From Candidatus Woesearchaeota archaeon (lineage in GTDB: Archaea; Nanobdellota; Nanobdellia; Woesearchaeales; JACPBO01): a stretch of 44,395 bases of DNA. The position numbers and the translations under genes were made by a program. Below the pieces are notes generated by a model, which saw only the letters and a list, made by a program, of their open reading frames with translations, had not been told where the DNA came from and did no database searches. This document shows positions 29,754 through 39,549 of the stretch, piece after piece (the first letter of the stretch is position 1; each line of letters starts with the position of its first letter). The stretch lies in NCBI GenBank assembly GCA_016180285.1, contig JACPBO010000017.1:1-44395 (forward strand), in the 5' to 3' direction.

Positions 29754-30293
29754 AAGAATATGATCCAATGGCTCAAAATTTCTCATTCGGTTCAAAGCAA
29801 GCTTTGCAGTTTCTAGATCTATCTTGTCAAACAATTTATTGAATTTTTTCATATACTCTTCAAATTTTAATGGCGTTCCGTGAGCTATACTTCTTATGTG
29901 GAGCTGAACAACTTTTTGTTTAGTATTTTCTATGACTCTTGCTTCAATATCTGCTTGATTAAGGTTGTTTGAATCACCTTCACAATCCACTCTTTTTCTG
30001 AACGAGATAACAAGTCCTTTTTTTCTGTCATCAAGAGCATATTCATTAGGAAAAGACCAGCAAGTATATGGTTTTACATTAAGCTCATGAAGAGCGCACT
30101 TACCTTTATCAAGAAAAAAACAATCATGCCTTTTTTTAATAAATAAATGGCTATCGTCAGAATAATATGCGAAATCAAGCGGATGTTTTTTTATCGCTTG
30201 CGCTACCTTCAGGGCTTCATTAGGATATATATTAATTTCGCCATAATTAGCGCAACATTTGGCACAATTATTGCAGCTATACGTTGAAGTCAT
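29748..30293 (-). CDS. YkgJ-family cysteine-cluster protein
   Basis: CNNCAKCC, CFFL..GKC, KPYTCWSFP. Confidence 0.85.
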   Translation of the reverse strand: MTSTYSCNNCAKCCANYGEINIYPNEALKVAQAIKKHPLDFAYYSDDSHLFIKKRHDCFFLDKGKCALHELNVKPYTCWSFPNEYALDDRKKGLVISFRKRVDCEGDSNNLNQADIEARVIENTKQKVVQLHIRSIAHGTPLKFEEYMKKFNKLFDKIDLETAKLALNRMRNFEPLDHILL

Positions 30294-30362
30294 AAATCTT
30301 GCACATCCTTAAGCATCTGTCGTTTATATGAGTCATTTTAAGATTTTAATGTTTGTTTAACA

Positions 30363-31271
30363 TCAATCCATTTCTTTATAAAGTTCGGAATGCACAAGAT
30401 ACTTGGCCATAACAGCATCCAATGGAAGTTTTGCTTCTTCTGGATTTTTCAAAAGCTCTTCCAACGCCCTCAAGTCAGACTTCCACATTAATTCATGAGA
30501 AGGCGCAATAATTTTTCCGCATTGGGAAGTTGGTTTGTCGATATTTTTATTTACAGTTTCTTCAAGCACAGATAGCGTTAAATTTTGATTTTTAATGGCT
30601 ACATTTTGAAATATAAAAACATCTCCTTTATCTACTAAATACAAATTTCCTTCAATGGCAAAGTATGTTGATTTACCGTCAGGTGAGAAGTTCAGCCCAA
30701 TGCAGTTTAATTGGTCGCCTAATAGTAGGTAATAGGAAGTAGAATTTTCTACTTCAAATCCTGGCAAGTTCTCGGGAAGTGTTATCAGTTCTTGCGGCTT
30801 GAACCACATTTTTATTTCCCTTTTTGCTTCTGTTATATTTTTTGATGCATGTATTACATTTTCGTAAATGCCGTCTTTTGCTATCCTGCCATATGCCCCT
30901 CTAATGGATGTGGGATCTGCTTCCAGCGGGTTTGTTTTACCGCATAATCCTCTCAATTTTTCAACAGCATCATCTCCATAATAAACAATTGCAAGAACCT
31001 TTCTTCTATAATGTTCCCACCCTGCTTCTCTATCTTTTTTCCCTTCATCGTGGAATAAACCCATTACAAACTTTATTGTTCCTTCATAGATCTCCTTATT
31101 GTCTTTAAGATGAGCGTAATGCACTGCTGCTAATTCTCTGCTAACTCTCACAATTTTAGCTCCAACAAAATCCAAGTTAGTTTCATTAGAAATTTTGGTT
31201 ATTATATTGCCTGTTAAATTTCTTTTCAGCCCATCCGGTTTTATAAAAACAAAGGTTTGCTCAACTGCCAT
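30363..31271 (-). CDS. ndk: Nucleoside-diphosphate kinase with C-terminal extension
   Basis: EQTFVFIKPDG, HY, GKTNP, SIRG, NVIHAS with the catalytic His. Confidence 0.9.
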   Translation of the reverse strand: MAVEQTFVFIKPDGLKRNLTGNIITKISNETNLDFVGAKIVRVSRELAAVHYAHLKDNKEIYEGTIKFVMGLFHDEGKKDREAGWEHYRRKVLAIVYYGDDAVEKLRGLCGKTNPLEADPTSIRGAYGRIAKDGIYENVIHASKNITEAKREIKMWFKPQELITLPENLPGFEVENSTSYYLLLGDQLNCIGLNFSPDGKSTYFAIEGNLYLVDKGDVFIFQNVAIKNQNLTLSVLEETVNKNIDKPTSQCGKIIAPSHELMWKSDLRALEELLKNPEEAKLPLDAVMAKYLVHSELYKEMD

Positions 31272-31394
31272 CCCAACATCGCTCTGTATATGGTAAGGGT
31301 ATTCTTTATTTAAATCTTTCTATATTTTAGTATTTATCAATAGTAACATACCTAAAAAGAAAGCTTTTTAAATTAACCCTTATTTTGATGTCTT

Positions 31395-31658
31395 ATGGAA
31401 GGAACAATTTCGAATTACAGGGGGAGCAGAAGAGTAAAGAAAGGCAACCACATGATCATTGTAGTTGAAGGTGTTGATAATAAAGAGAAAGCAGCTTCTT
31501 TAGCAGGCAAAAAGGTCGTTTACAAGACTGAAGGCAAAACCGGCAAGGAGATTGTAGGCAAAGTTGCTGCTAGCCACGGCAACAGCGGCGCAGTAAGGGC
31601 TATTTTCGAAACAGGCATGCCGGGCCAGGCAATTGGCAAAAAGGTTTTGATAGAGTAA
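31395..31658 (+). CDS. rpl35ae: 50S ribosomal protein L35Ae
   Basis: GTISNYRG, HGNSGAVRAIF, PGQAIG. Confidence 0.95.
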   Translation: MEGTISNYRGSRRVKKGNHMIIVVEGVDNKEKAASLAGKKVVYKTEGKTGKEIVGKVAASHGNSGAVRAIFETGMPGQAIGKKVLIE

Positions 31659-31686
31659 GATCAGCGTTTTCTGAATTTTAATGCCT

Positions 31687-32100
31687 TTAATGCTCTGTAA
31701 AGCCGCCGATTATCAGCAGGATTCCTTCAATGGTTATTAATACCTGATACGGTGTAAGGCTTGCTCCGAGGAAAGGCAATGAAAACGGAATCACATGGAA
31801 TTTGTTCAATATAGGAATTAACCCTATTGCAAGCAGTATTATGCCAACACCTATCAAAAACGGATGCAAAGCATTCATCTTAGGCTCTATAAGTCCGTCT
31901 ACAACAACATAAGCTCCGCCTACTGCAACAACCCATATCAGTATCTCTGCAGGCAGGCCTGTGAGAAACGCAGGCAAAGTGAATTTCAAGAGCCCTATTG
32001 CGTTTAACAGCGGAATTATTCCGTATGCCGCCAGTATTAATCCAACAACAAAGCTGATCGAGTCCCTTGGCCTTGTGAAGATCATTCCTTTTTTGTTCAT
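31687..32100 (-). CDS. Four-TM membrane protein
   Basis: GAGGTGA SD; hydrophobic with an internal repeat (G.IP.LN). Confidence 0.8.
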   Translation of the reverse strand: MNKKGMIFTRPRDSISFVVGLILAAYGIIPLLNAIGLLKFTLPAFLTGLPAEILIWVVAVGGAYVVVDGLIEPKMNALHPFLIGVGIILLAIGLIPILNKFHVIPFSLPFLGASLTPYQVLITIEGILLIIGGFTEH

Positions 32101-32120
32101 AAGATCACCTCTTAATATTG

Positions 32121-33113
32121 TTAATGTACTGTCCTTGATTCTGCATAGCTTGCTTCTGTTCTGAGCTGCTCAAGAAGCCTTTTTCTTTCTCCTTTCAATA
32201 CATTTTCATCAATTTTTCTTAAAAAGTCTGCAACAACCATTGGTGGGAAGCCCTCTTGTCCCAATTTTTTAAAGAAGTTAGCTATTTTATTTATGTCTTC
32301 ATCCTCATACATAATTAATGTAAGTTGGTCATAAAATAAAACATTCATCATGTTTAATTCATCTTTGGAGACTATTTTAATTTCATTTATAGTTTTTGTA
32401 AGTTCATCTGAACCATTTTTGAATGTTTTGAGGGCCTTTTCAATTAGCTGATTTTCTGCTGCGGATGGCGGTGTTACTGGTCTTACTAATCGTATTGCAT
32501 TTTCTGCATTTAGTGTTGATGCTGCTATGAAGTGCAAACGTTCAAAAAGATTCGTTGTTCTTTTTACATCCCTTGCTTCATTCCTGCTTAAGCTAATATT
32601 TTCACTAGCTGCTCCGCCTTCAGAAATTTTTATCAATCCGGTAAAAATCTGCCCTTTAGTTATCATCCTATTAATCATCACTATCTCCTTGTCCAGCAAA
32701 GCAATAACCTGCCTTCTCAATTCTGCTAAATCGGCAATGTTTTTGTCTATTAAAGGCAATATTTGCTGCAAAATGCTATTTTTTTCATATTTTACTAAAC
32801 TTAATTGTTTTCTTGTGTTTTTTAATCCGTTTAATGCCCTATTTATTGCCCATCCCAGACGCTCTTGTATGATAAACTGCCTATGCATGCATAGATATAA
32901 CGTCCTCAGATCTTTGATTAATGTTTTGATCGTTGAATTCTCAAGATCGATAATCTTTTTCATGCTGTCTTCTTTTTCTGCTTTAAGGAATTTTTCATAG
33001 ATCTTATGCCTTTTTATTGAAAGAGCACGGGCTGCCCTTATCGAACCTCGCTCAAACATAGGAATCCAATTATCAGGTATCCAAGCACCAAGCATTCCTA
33101 TATGTTTTCCCAT
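32121..33113 (-). CDS. Helical/coiled-coil hypothetical protein
   Basis: ATG 33113 with GGTGA SD; heptad-like composition. Confidence 0.8.
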   Translation of the reverse strand: MGKHIGMLGAWIPDNWIPMFERGSIRAARALSIKRHKIYEKFLKAEKEDSMKKIIDLENSTIKTLIKDLRTLYLCMHRQFIIQERLGWAINRALNGLKNTRKQLSLVKYEKNSILQQILPLIDKNIADLAELRRQVIALLDKEIVMINRMITKGQIFTGLIKISEGGAASENISLSRNEARDVKRTTNLFERLHFIAASTLNAENAIRLVRPVTPPSAAENQLIEKALKTFKNGSDELTKTINEIKIVSKDELNMMNVLFYDQLTLIMYEDEDINKIANFFKKLGQEGFPPMVVADFLRKIDENVLKGERKRLLEQLRTEASYAESRTVH

Positions 33114-33225
33114 TTTTCTCACCTTGTCAGTTTTCTAGTTGATTATTCTTTATTTTTAATAAATTTTTCTAATTTTTGCCTTATTTCATTATCTTGGAAT
33201 AGTTAGTATTTAAAGGTTTTTGTTG

Positions 33226-36042
33226 TTATCGGGGATGTTTATGCCAAGGATCTATTCTTTTATCTAAAAAATCAGATATTATTTCTGCAATCTTAAATAC
33301 TTTCTCATAAGTATATTGTTCATATCCCCTAAATAAACTGGCATTTCCTGCGGATCGAGCTTTATAAATCTTCTTGATTGAGTCATAGTTGATTTTAAAT
33401 TTTGGCTCTTTCAAAATACGATTATATTCTTCCTCGTTCATTTCTCCAATTATTTTAATTTTGTTATCTATGTTATCTATAAGTAACTTCAGTTCATCTA
33501 ACATTTTTTCATTAGCCCACTTGACACTGGTCTTTGCTTCACCGCTTCTTATACTTTTTTCTGCCGCCTTTTTAGCTTCAGCGGTTTTCTTCTTTACTTC
33601 TTTGATTTCTTTTTCTATTCCTTTTTTGATAACGTCAACAATATACCATTTTGTATCGTGTCCAAATTCTTCTGTATAGTATTCCTTATTTCCTGGCCTC
33701 AAAGCCGCTGCTGTCAGCTGAATATGATAAATCCCTTGCGCATTTTTCGGTATTTCAAATTCTATTTGTACCATTGTCCCCTTTGCCATAGTTAATTCCA
33801 TTAAACGCTTGCTATTATCTGCTCTAACATCTATAAAGTCCCCTCCAACCAGCCTTTTGATGTTTAGCCGCCATTGTCCAGCATTTATCTCTTTGAATTG
33901 TCGCGAAGCATCTAATCTTCCGTAATCTATATTACCTGCCTGATCTGTAATATAGCTGCCAACATATTTGTATAAGTTCACAAAAAGACGAATACGCGCT
34001 TTACCACCATCATTTTTTATTTTAAATATCAAATGATCGTATTTATCTCCAGCTGTTAATTTCTGTATTGTTTGGCTATCAAGTTCGACTTTAATATTCG
34101 GGAGTTCTGTTGGTCCCGGCGGCGTTCCTCTTGGCTTAAGCGGAACAACAACGTCCATTTGGTTTGGATTTGTATCGTTAATTGTAATAACGTGTGGTGG
34201 ATTGCCGCCTGGCTGGTCAGTATGTTTTCCTATTTCTGAGTTGCCATTAATATTCACATAACCATTTGCTTTTCCATAAACAAAATAGTTGCCGTGTGGA
34301 ACTTCAAATTCAAATTCGCCGTTTGTTAGTCGTCTAAGTTGCGTATTTGTTGGGTACTGTCCTTCTTCTGTTGCGATTGATACTTCTGAATCAGGGATGG
34401 GGCGGTCATTATTTGTTACATCAGCAATCTTGCCTTTTATTTTGCCTGTTTGTACTGGTTGCATTCTCAATGGTACCCTTACTCTAATTTTTATTTCCTT
34501 AAGTTCAATTTTTTCTTGAGGGTATCCTTTTTCATCCATGTGGTTTCCTATCACATCTCTAAACTTAGCATGAACTATGATGTTTTTAGTATTCAAGGGC
34601 ACATTTTCTATCTTAAAATAACCATCATTTTCATTTTCATACTCGCTACCCCCCCATATACTTGTTGCCTCATTACCAACTTTTCCACCACTCGATTCTG
34701 CCCACACTATCGCACCATTTATTCCTTTTTGTGGAAATTCTTCAGCCAATTCTGAAACTATAACCCTGCCTTCAATATATCCCATTTGTGTTGGAGGAAG
34801 AGGAACATCAAGAACAACAAGCACATCTTTTCGTTCTGGATGGGTCTGGTCAAGATCAAAAGGTTCTGCAGGTCTGCCTCCCATGGTGTGTGTATTTGGC
34901 TTTCCTTCTTTTTCAGCGTAAACTACAACTTTAGTTTTTGGTAAAGTTAAATCTTTGAATATAAATTTTCCATTTGCATCAGAAGTTTGAGGATCTATCG
35001 GTAAAATGTAATAATGATCTGGACCTTGTGTTAAAAGCTTAACTATTGCTCTATCTACGCCTTTATTCATATCATTTTTATAAACAATCCTTCCTTCTAC
35101 GAGTCCTTTTACTCCGCCAATTGGCGTCATCTTTATATTATGTATTAACCTGTCTTTGCTTTGAACTGTTATTGGTTGTGAATTATATTGTTCATAACCT
35201 TCTTTCGTTGCTTGAAGCTGGTAAGTACCAGCAGGGATTTGAATATAATAAGTGCCATTAGCATCTGAAGAAAACATGCCCCCTGTTCCAGAGCATTGTA
35301 TCCTAGCAAAAGGTACCTTTTCATTAGTGTCATTAATATCTGTAACAACACCATATATTATTCCATAGCCATCTGACGGTTCAGGCGGCACTGGTGGCGG
35401 CGTTGGCTCCTTTTCTTTATCTTCCCCAAACTTAAACCCTCCTGTAAGCGCTGTCAGGATCAAGGCGATCACAAACAGCACAGCTCCTATAGTTGTGATT
35501 GTCCTGTTTTTTGAAATAGAGCCGTACATCACAAGTATGAATGAAATCACCCAAAGCAATGCAGTTAATTTCTTCAGGTTTGCGTCAAAATCGCCTTCGC
35601 CCAAAATGCCCTTGCCCTTTTTCCGCAATGCAAAAAACACAACTGCCAGGATCAGCAATGCAAGCAGAATCCATCCCCATGATCCAATTCTGTTTGTGAA
35701 AAATCCGGATGCATAGCCGGCTCCGCCTCTTCCCTGCATATAAGAAAACAGGGATAAGGTTGCAATTGCTGAAAGCGATAATGCGAATATCTGCCCTGCA
35801 GGACCGACACTTCCGCCGCTGGCTTTGAAAAACGGTATATTCTTTGACAGAGCGAAGAATATGGAAAATAAGAAAATAAATATCACTAAAAACATTATTG
35901 TGTAGAAAGCATACTGGTTTTCAACCAATCCGTAGAAGTTCTGGAAGAAATCATTAACAGTCAGGGCATTTGCAAATGGCATTAAAAGCAGAGACAGCCC
36001 TAGTAAAATTGTCAGCTTTGCATTTATTTTATTCAAGCTCAT
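33226..36042 (-). CDS. Large membrane protein with carboxypeptidase-regulatory-like beta-sandwich repeats
   Basis: Signal-like N-terminus, about 5 TMs, Pro-rich linker, four G.I.G.V...A.V...G.F repeats. Confidence 0.85.
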   Translation of the reverse strand: MSLNKINAKLTILLGLSLLLMPFANALTVNDFFQNFYGLVENQYAFYTIMFLVIFIFLFSIFFALSKNIPFFKASGGSVGPAGQIFALSLSAIATLSLFSYMQGRGGAGYASGFFTNRIGSWGWILLALLILAVVFFALRKKGKGILGEGDFDANLKKLTALLWVISFILVMYGSISKNRTITTIGAVLFVIALILTALTGGFKFGEDKEKEPTPPPVPPEPSDGYGIIYGVVTDINDTNEKVPFARIQCSGTGGMFSSDANGTYYIQIPAGTYQLQATKEGYEQYNSQPITVQSKDRLIHNIKMTPIGGVKGLVEGRIVYKNDMNKGVDRAIVKLLTQGPDHYYILPIDPQTSDANGKFIFKDLTLPKTKVVVYAEKEGKPNTHTMGGRPAEPFDLDQTHPERKDVLVVLDVPLPPTQMGYIEGRVIVSELAEEFPQKGINGAIVWAESSGGKVGNEATSIWGGSEYENENDGYFKIENVPLNTKNIIVHAKFRDVIGNHMDEKGYPQEKIELKEIKIRVRVPLRMQPVQTGKIKGKIADVTNNDRPIPDSEVSIATEEGQYPTNTQLRRLTNGEFEFEVPHGNYFVYGKANGYVNINGNSEIGKHTDQPGGNPPHVITINDTNPNQMDVVVPLKPRGTPPGPTELPNIKVELDSQTIQKLTAGDKYDHLIFKIKNDGGKARIRLFVNLYKYVGSYITDQAGNIDYGRLDASRQFKEINAGQWRLNIKRLVGGDFIDVRADNSKRLMELTMAKGTMVQIEFEIPKNAQGIYHIQLTAAALRPGNKEYYTEEFGHDTKWYIVDVIKKGIEKEIKEVKKKTAEAKKAAEKSIRSGEAKTSVKWANEKMLDELKLLIDNIDNKIKIIGEMNEEEYNRILKEPKFKINYDSIKKIYKARSAGNASLFRGYEQYTYEKVFKIAEIISDFLDKRIDPWHKHPR

Positions 36043-36212
36043 TTTAATTTTTTAAGCAATTCCCTGTTTTTTTCTATAAACTCCTTTAATGCCTTTTCAA
36101 CAACTTTTGATCTTATCAGGCCCAGTTCCTCACAGAGCAGAGAGAAATCCTCATACGTTGCTTTATCTATCAGAAAATTATACCTTTCTTTATTCTTCTT
36201 TTCCTTAGGCAT
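36039..36212 (-). CDS. 57-aa ribbon-helix-helix regulator
   Basis: MPKEKKNKERYNFLIDKATYEDFSLLCEELGLIRSKVVEKALKEFIEK...; ATGA overlap with the 938-aa gene; missed by the ORF track. Confidence 0.8.
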   Translation of the reverse strand: MPKEKKNKERYNFLIDKATYEDFSLLCEELGLIRSKVVEKALKEFIEKNRELLKKLK

Positions 36213-36303
36213 TGTGTGTATTATTACTTAATTCTACTTATATTTAAGTTTTATTACTTAATTTAAAGTATTTTAACTTAATATTATATATTAATACACA
36301 CAA
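36212..36303. promoter_or_regulatory. Pair of inverted 12-bp boxes (operator candidates)
   Basis: TTGTGTGTATTA (36212-36223) and TAATACACACAA (36292-36303); the second is beside a TTTATAAA box. Confidence 0.6.
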
Positions 36304-36367
36304 AACTTTATAAAGATTTCGGTTTCGTAAAGTAAATTTTTCGATGTACAGTAAACCATATAGTGTG

Positions 36368-36482
36368 AAAAATCCAGCCATGGCGGAGACGAGGCAGGGG
36401 TTGTCCCTGCGGGATGCCGAGTAGGGCAAAACCGAGCAAAGCGAGGTTTTGACCGTCTCCCGCCATGGTTGGCTGGATTTTT
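36368..36482. other. 115-nt GC-rich multibranched hairpin element of unknown type
   Basis: Perfect 13-bp terminal inverted repeat, nested stems and internal hairpins in an AT-rich intergenic region. Confidence 0.75.
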
Positions 36483-36517
36483 TAAGCAATATGAGTTGGA
36501 ATTTCTTTTAAGCCAAA

Positions 36518-36853
36518 TCAGCATGTTGAATGCATTATCGCAGCAACCTTCTTCTTATCCTTCAGAATCGCATTGTAAGCTTCGCATGCCTCTTTTGTCT
36601 TCAGTATGATCAGCTCAATATTTTTCTCTTTCGCAATGTTAATAACTTCATCTCTTACCTCAACTAACCCTGAAAATCCTATTCCTATAACAACAGCATC
36701 AGGCTTTGAGTCAAAGATTTCAAACATGTCCTGCTCTACAACTGCATGATGCTCTACATAATGCCACGGAATGATCTTATTGCCTATTATCTTGATATCT
36801 CCAAAGCTTTTGCTGTTGATCACAATTGATCCGAATGAACAGGATTGTATCAT
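36518..36853 (-). CDS. Mth938-like (DUF498) protein
   Basis: SFGSIVIN, PDAVVIGIG, TKEACEAYN, HSTC. Confidence 0.9.
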   Translation of the reverse strand: MIQSCSFGSIVINSKSFGDIKIIGNKIIPWHYVEHHAVVEQDMFEIFDSKPDAVVIGIGFSGLVEVRDEVINIAKEKNIELIILKTKEACEAYNAILKDKKKVAAIMHSTC

Positions 36854-36885
36854 AAATTGGGAATAGCCATTAAATATAAAAAGTT

Positions 36886-36992
36886 ATTGAAAATTGTCTG
36901 CTCAGCAGCGGGTTTAAGCCCAACAATTTTCAATCCCAAAAACCGCATGATAAATGCCCCTAGCTTAGCCTGAATATCAAATGCGGTTTTTG
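36886..36992. repeat. Two adjacent hairpins, each with a perfect 12-bp stem
   Basis: ATTGAAAATTGT/ACAATTTTCAAT and CAAAAACCGCAT/ATGCGGTTTTTG. Confidence 0.7.
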
Positions 36993-37047
36993 TTATTGGA
37001 AACTTTTATATATTACATACATCAAATTCAATTAAAAAGAGGTTGAA

Positions 37048-37761
37048 ATGGAAATTAAATTAAGCAAAAAGCCTAAAAATCCAATAATAATAGAGGGTTT
37101 TCCAGGTTTTGGCTTAGTTGGAACAATTGCAACTGAATTTCTGATAGAGCACCTTAAATGCGAGCAGATTGGAAAATACTACTTTGATGACCTTCCGGCA
37201 ACAATTGCAATCCATGACGGCAAGGTTGTTGACCCTATTGGAATATTTTACAATAAAAAATATAATATTGCGATCATCCATTCAATATCCGCTGTTGCAG
37301 GAATGGAATGGAAAGCCGCTGATTTAATCCTCAATGTTGCAAAGCAGCTGGCTGCAAAAGAAGTTATCTGCCTGGAAGGAGTTGGCGGCCTTAATGCCGG
37401 GTTAGGCGAGGAAAACAGGGTTTTCTTCAATTCGAACAATGCAAAAATCAAAAAGGATTTGGAAAGCACAGGAATAAAAGAGCTGAAAGAAGGCATAATA
37501 ATAGGCGTTACATCTGCATTGCTTTTAAAATCAGATTTTCCTCTCACATGCATCTTTGCAGAAGCCCATACAAATCTTCCGGACAGCAGGGCGTCTGCGC
37601 AGATAATAAAGGTTCTGGATAAATATCTCAGTTTGGAAGTTGACTACAAGCCATTGCTTGAGCAAGCCCATAAATTCGAGGAAAAACTAAAAGGCCTGCT
37701 TGAAAAGAGCCAGAAGGCGATGACAGACCAGGAAAAGAAGCAGCTCAGCTATGTTGGCTGA
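37048..37761 (+). CDS. PAC2-family proteasome assembly chaperone
   Basis: IIEGFPGFGLVG, PDSRASA, C-terminal SYVG. Confidence 0.9.
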   Translation: MEIKLSKKPKNPIIIEGFPGFGLVGTIATEFLIEHLKCEQIGKYYFDDLPATIAIHDGKVVDPIGIFYNKKYNIAIIHSISAVAGMEWKAADLILNVAKQLAAKEVICLEGVGGLNAGLGEENRVFFNSNNAKIKKDLESTGIKELKEGIIIGVTSALLLKSDFPLTCIFAEAHTNLPDSRASAQIIKVLDKYLSLEVDYKPLLEQAHKFEEKLKGLLEKSQKAMTDQEKKQLSYVG

Positions 37762-37769
37762 TGGAAAAT

Positions 37770-38575
37770 TCATTTGATGCCAATCATAACCTTCACATCT
37801 TTGGGTAAAGAATTAAGTTTTCTTCTTGCTATTGCTTCATAATCCTGTCCTTTGACTTTTGTTTCTGAATAATCGCACAACCATAAAAAATGCTCATCAA
37901 AACATTTCCAGGGATTATTAGTCTCGAATCCAGAAGATTCTATTGCGTATATGTGTTCTTTCAGCCTTCTCTTACATCTCGATCGATACAAATAGCTTCA
38001 AACCTCATTAGTGGACTATGACTGCATGTCTCCAATACATTTCCCAACAATATTATTTCCAATTCATTTAGTTCTTCATACGGTTTGCGAATATTTAGTT
38101 CATAATACAACTTTGTTGAATTCATGCATTCTCCATTAAAACTTTCTGCTGCGAGCAAAAGTGCTTTTTTATCTTCAACCCAAAGTGTATACTCTTCTTT
38201 TACTTTTTTACCAAAAGGGTTCGCTTCAAACTCATAAGAAAGAACTCTCCTAAATCCATTTTCTTCTAGAATAGCCTTATAACTTTTCCAAGGCATATTG
38301 AAATGGCTATCGCCATTCGCGGTGTATCTTGCTTTTTCAATTTTTCCACTAAGCCTATGTAAAAAAAGAGCTGCTCCTTGTTCTCCTTTCTCAAACTTAT
38401 CCCATCCTTTCCCAAACATAATTTCAGAAGCAAGAACAGCATCTTTATATCTCTTTAAAACTGCTAAAGCCAATTTGGCCCTATATTCTTTCTCGCTTTC
38501 ACCCCGCACAGGATGGACTTCTAGTTCTGTTGCATACATTTCTAAACTTTTTATATCTGGAAAATCTTGTGGCAT
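37770..38575 (-). pseudogene. Hypothetical gene split by a frameshift near 37963
   Basis: Two overlapping ORFs join as ...DRDVREG-L-KEHIYAIE... if one base is restored. Confidence 0.65.
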
Positions 38576-38693
38576 TTTATAATAAATAACAATAATGCCT
38601 TTATAAATCTTTCGTTTTTACTACTACTCTTTAGTAATTATGGATAAGCGAGACATATTTTTGGTATTATGGAATAATTCAAAGTATTACCTT

Positions 38694-39440
38694 TTAAGAT
38701 GAACCCTTCCCCTTATTCAGCCTTGCAAATATTACCCCAACAACAGTCAGCGCTATCCCGATCGCAACCAGCACAATAAAATCCGCAGCTATGTTGCCTG
38801 AAAGCTTTGATATTACCGGCAGAAGCGCTGCGTTTTCTTTTGGCAAAAGCAAATTAGTTAAAAATCCCACTATAAAGAATGTTGCTCCAATAGTTAAGCA
38901 GCGAATTCCGATGCTTCTCACTTCTTTAAACCATTTTTCCGCGATAAGAATGGATATTGCTGCAAAAACTATAGTGATAATGAGAAAAATATTAAAAAGA
39001 TTCCAGAACATTGCATTTGTTGACGCATTAAACAAAACAAGCATATTGCTTTTATCCGGCTTTGCAAGGCATTCAACAAGGGAGCAGTCATATTTTTTAT
39101 TGTAAAGAGAGTCAAACAAAGACATTATAATAAGATTCATCAATCCAGAAGGAGGAGTTGCATTTAGCTCTGCGCAATTCACTGAAACCATCATTCCTGA
39201 GAATTCCCGCTCTATTGCTTCCTTGTTTCCGCATTCCTGCACCAGCTGCGCATGCGCTTCCTCCAGATTTGCCTCCCCGATTCCCTGCTGAAGCTGCGCT
39301 GTCAGAATGTCATTTATCACCGGCTTTATAGCATCCTTATTTGTTAGCTGCGCAAAGGAAACAAGAAAGATTGTTAAAAATAAAGCAATCACAAAAACAA
39401 GCTTTACAATGAATCTTAAAAATCCCTTCCAAAACACCAT
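38694..39440 (-). CDS. Membrane protein with a Cys-containing loop domain
   Basis: N-terminal TM, loop with four Cys, three C-terminal TMs; start uncertain (39440 or 39458). Confidence 0.8.
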   Translation of the reverse strand: MVFWKGFLRFIVKLVFVIALFLTIFLVSFAQLTNKDAIKPVINDILTAQLQQGIGEANLEEAHAQLVQECGNKEAIEREFSGMMVSVNCAELNATPPSGLMNLIIMSLFDSLYNKKYDCSLVECLAKPDKSNMLVLFNASTNAMFWNLFNIFLIITIVFAAISILIAEKWFKEVRSIGIRCLTIGATFFIVGFLTNLLLPKENAALLPVISKLSGNIAADFIVLVAIGIALTVVGVIFARLNKGKGSS

Positions 39441-39549
39441 TCTAAGTTTACATGACAAGAAATATATAAACCTTTGCAGAATCTCAGAAAGTTATTGAAG
39501 AATTCTGTATGTAATTATTGGTATCTGCGCTTTAAAAAAGAACGTAAAA

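Noticed and set aside
36368..36482. 5S rRNA, SRP RNA or RNase P RNA identity for the hairpin element
   Set aside because: Size fits 5S, but the conserved loop C CCGAAC, SRP helix 8 and RNase P P4 sequences are absent on both strands.
36244..36524. Two short minus-strand ORFs
   Set aside because: They run across the hairpin element and promoter, with weak starts and no protein-like features.
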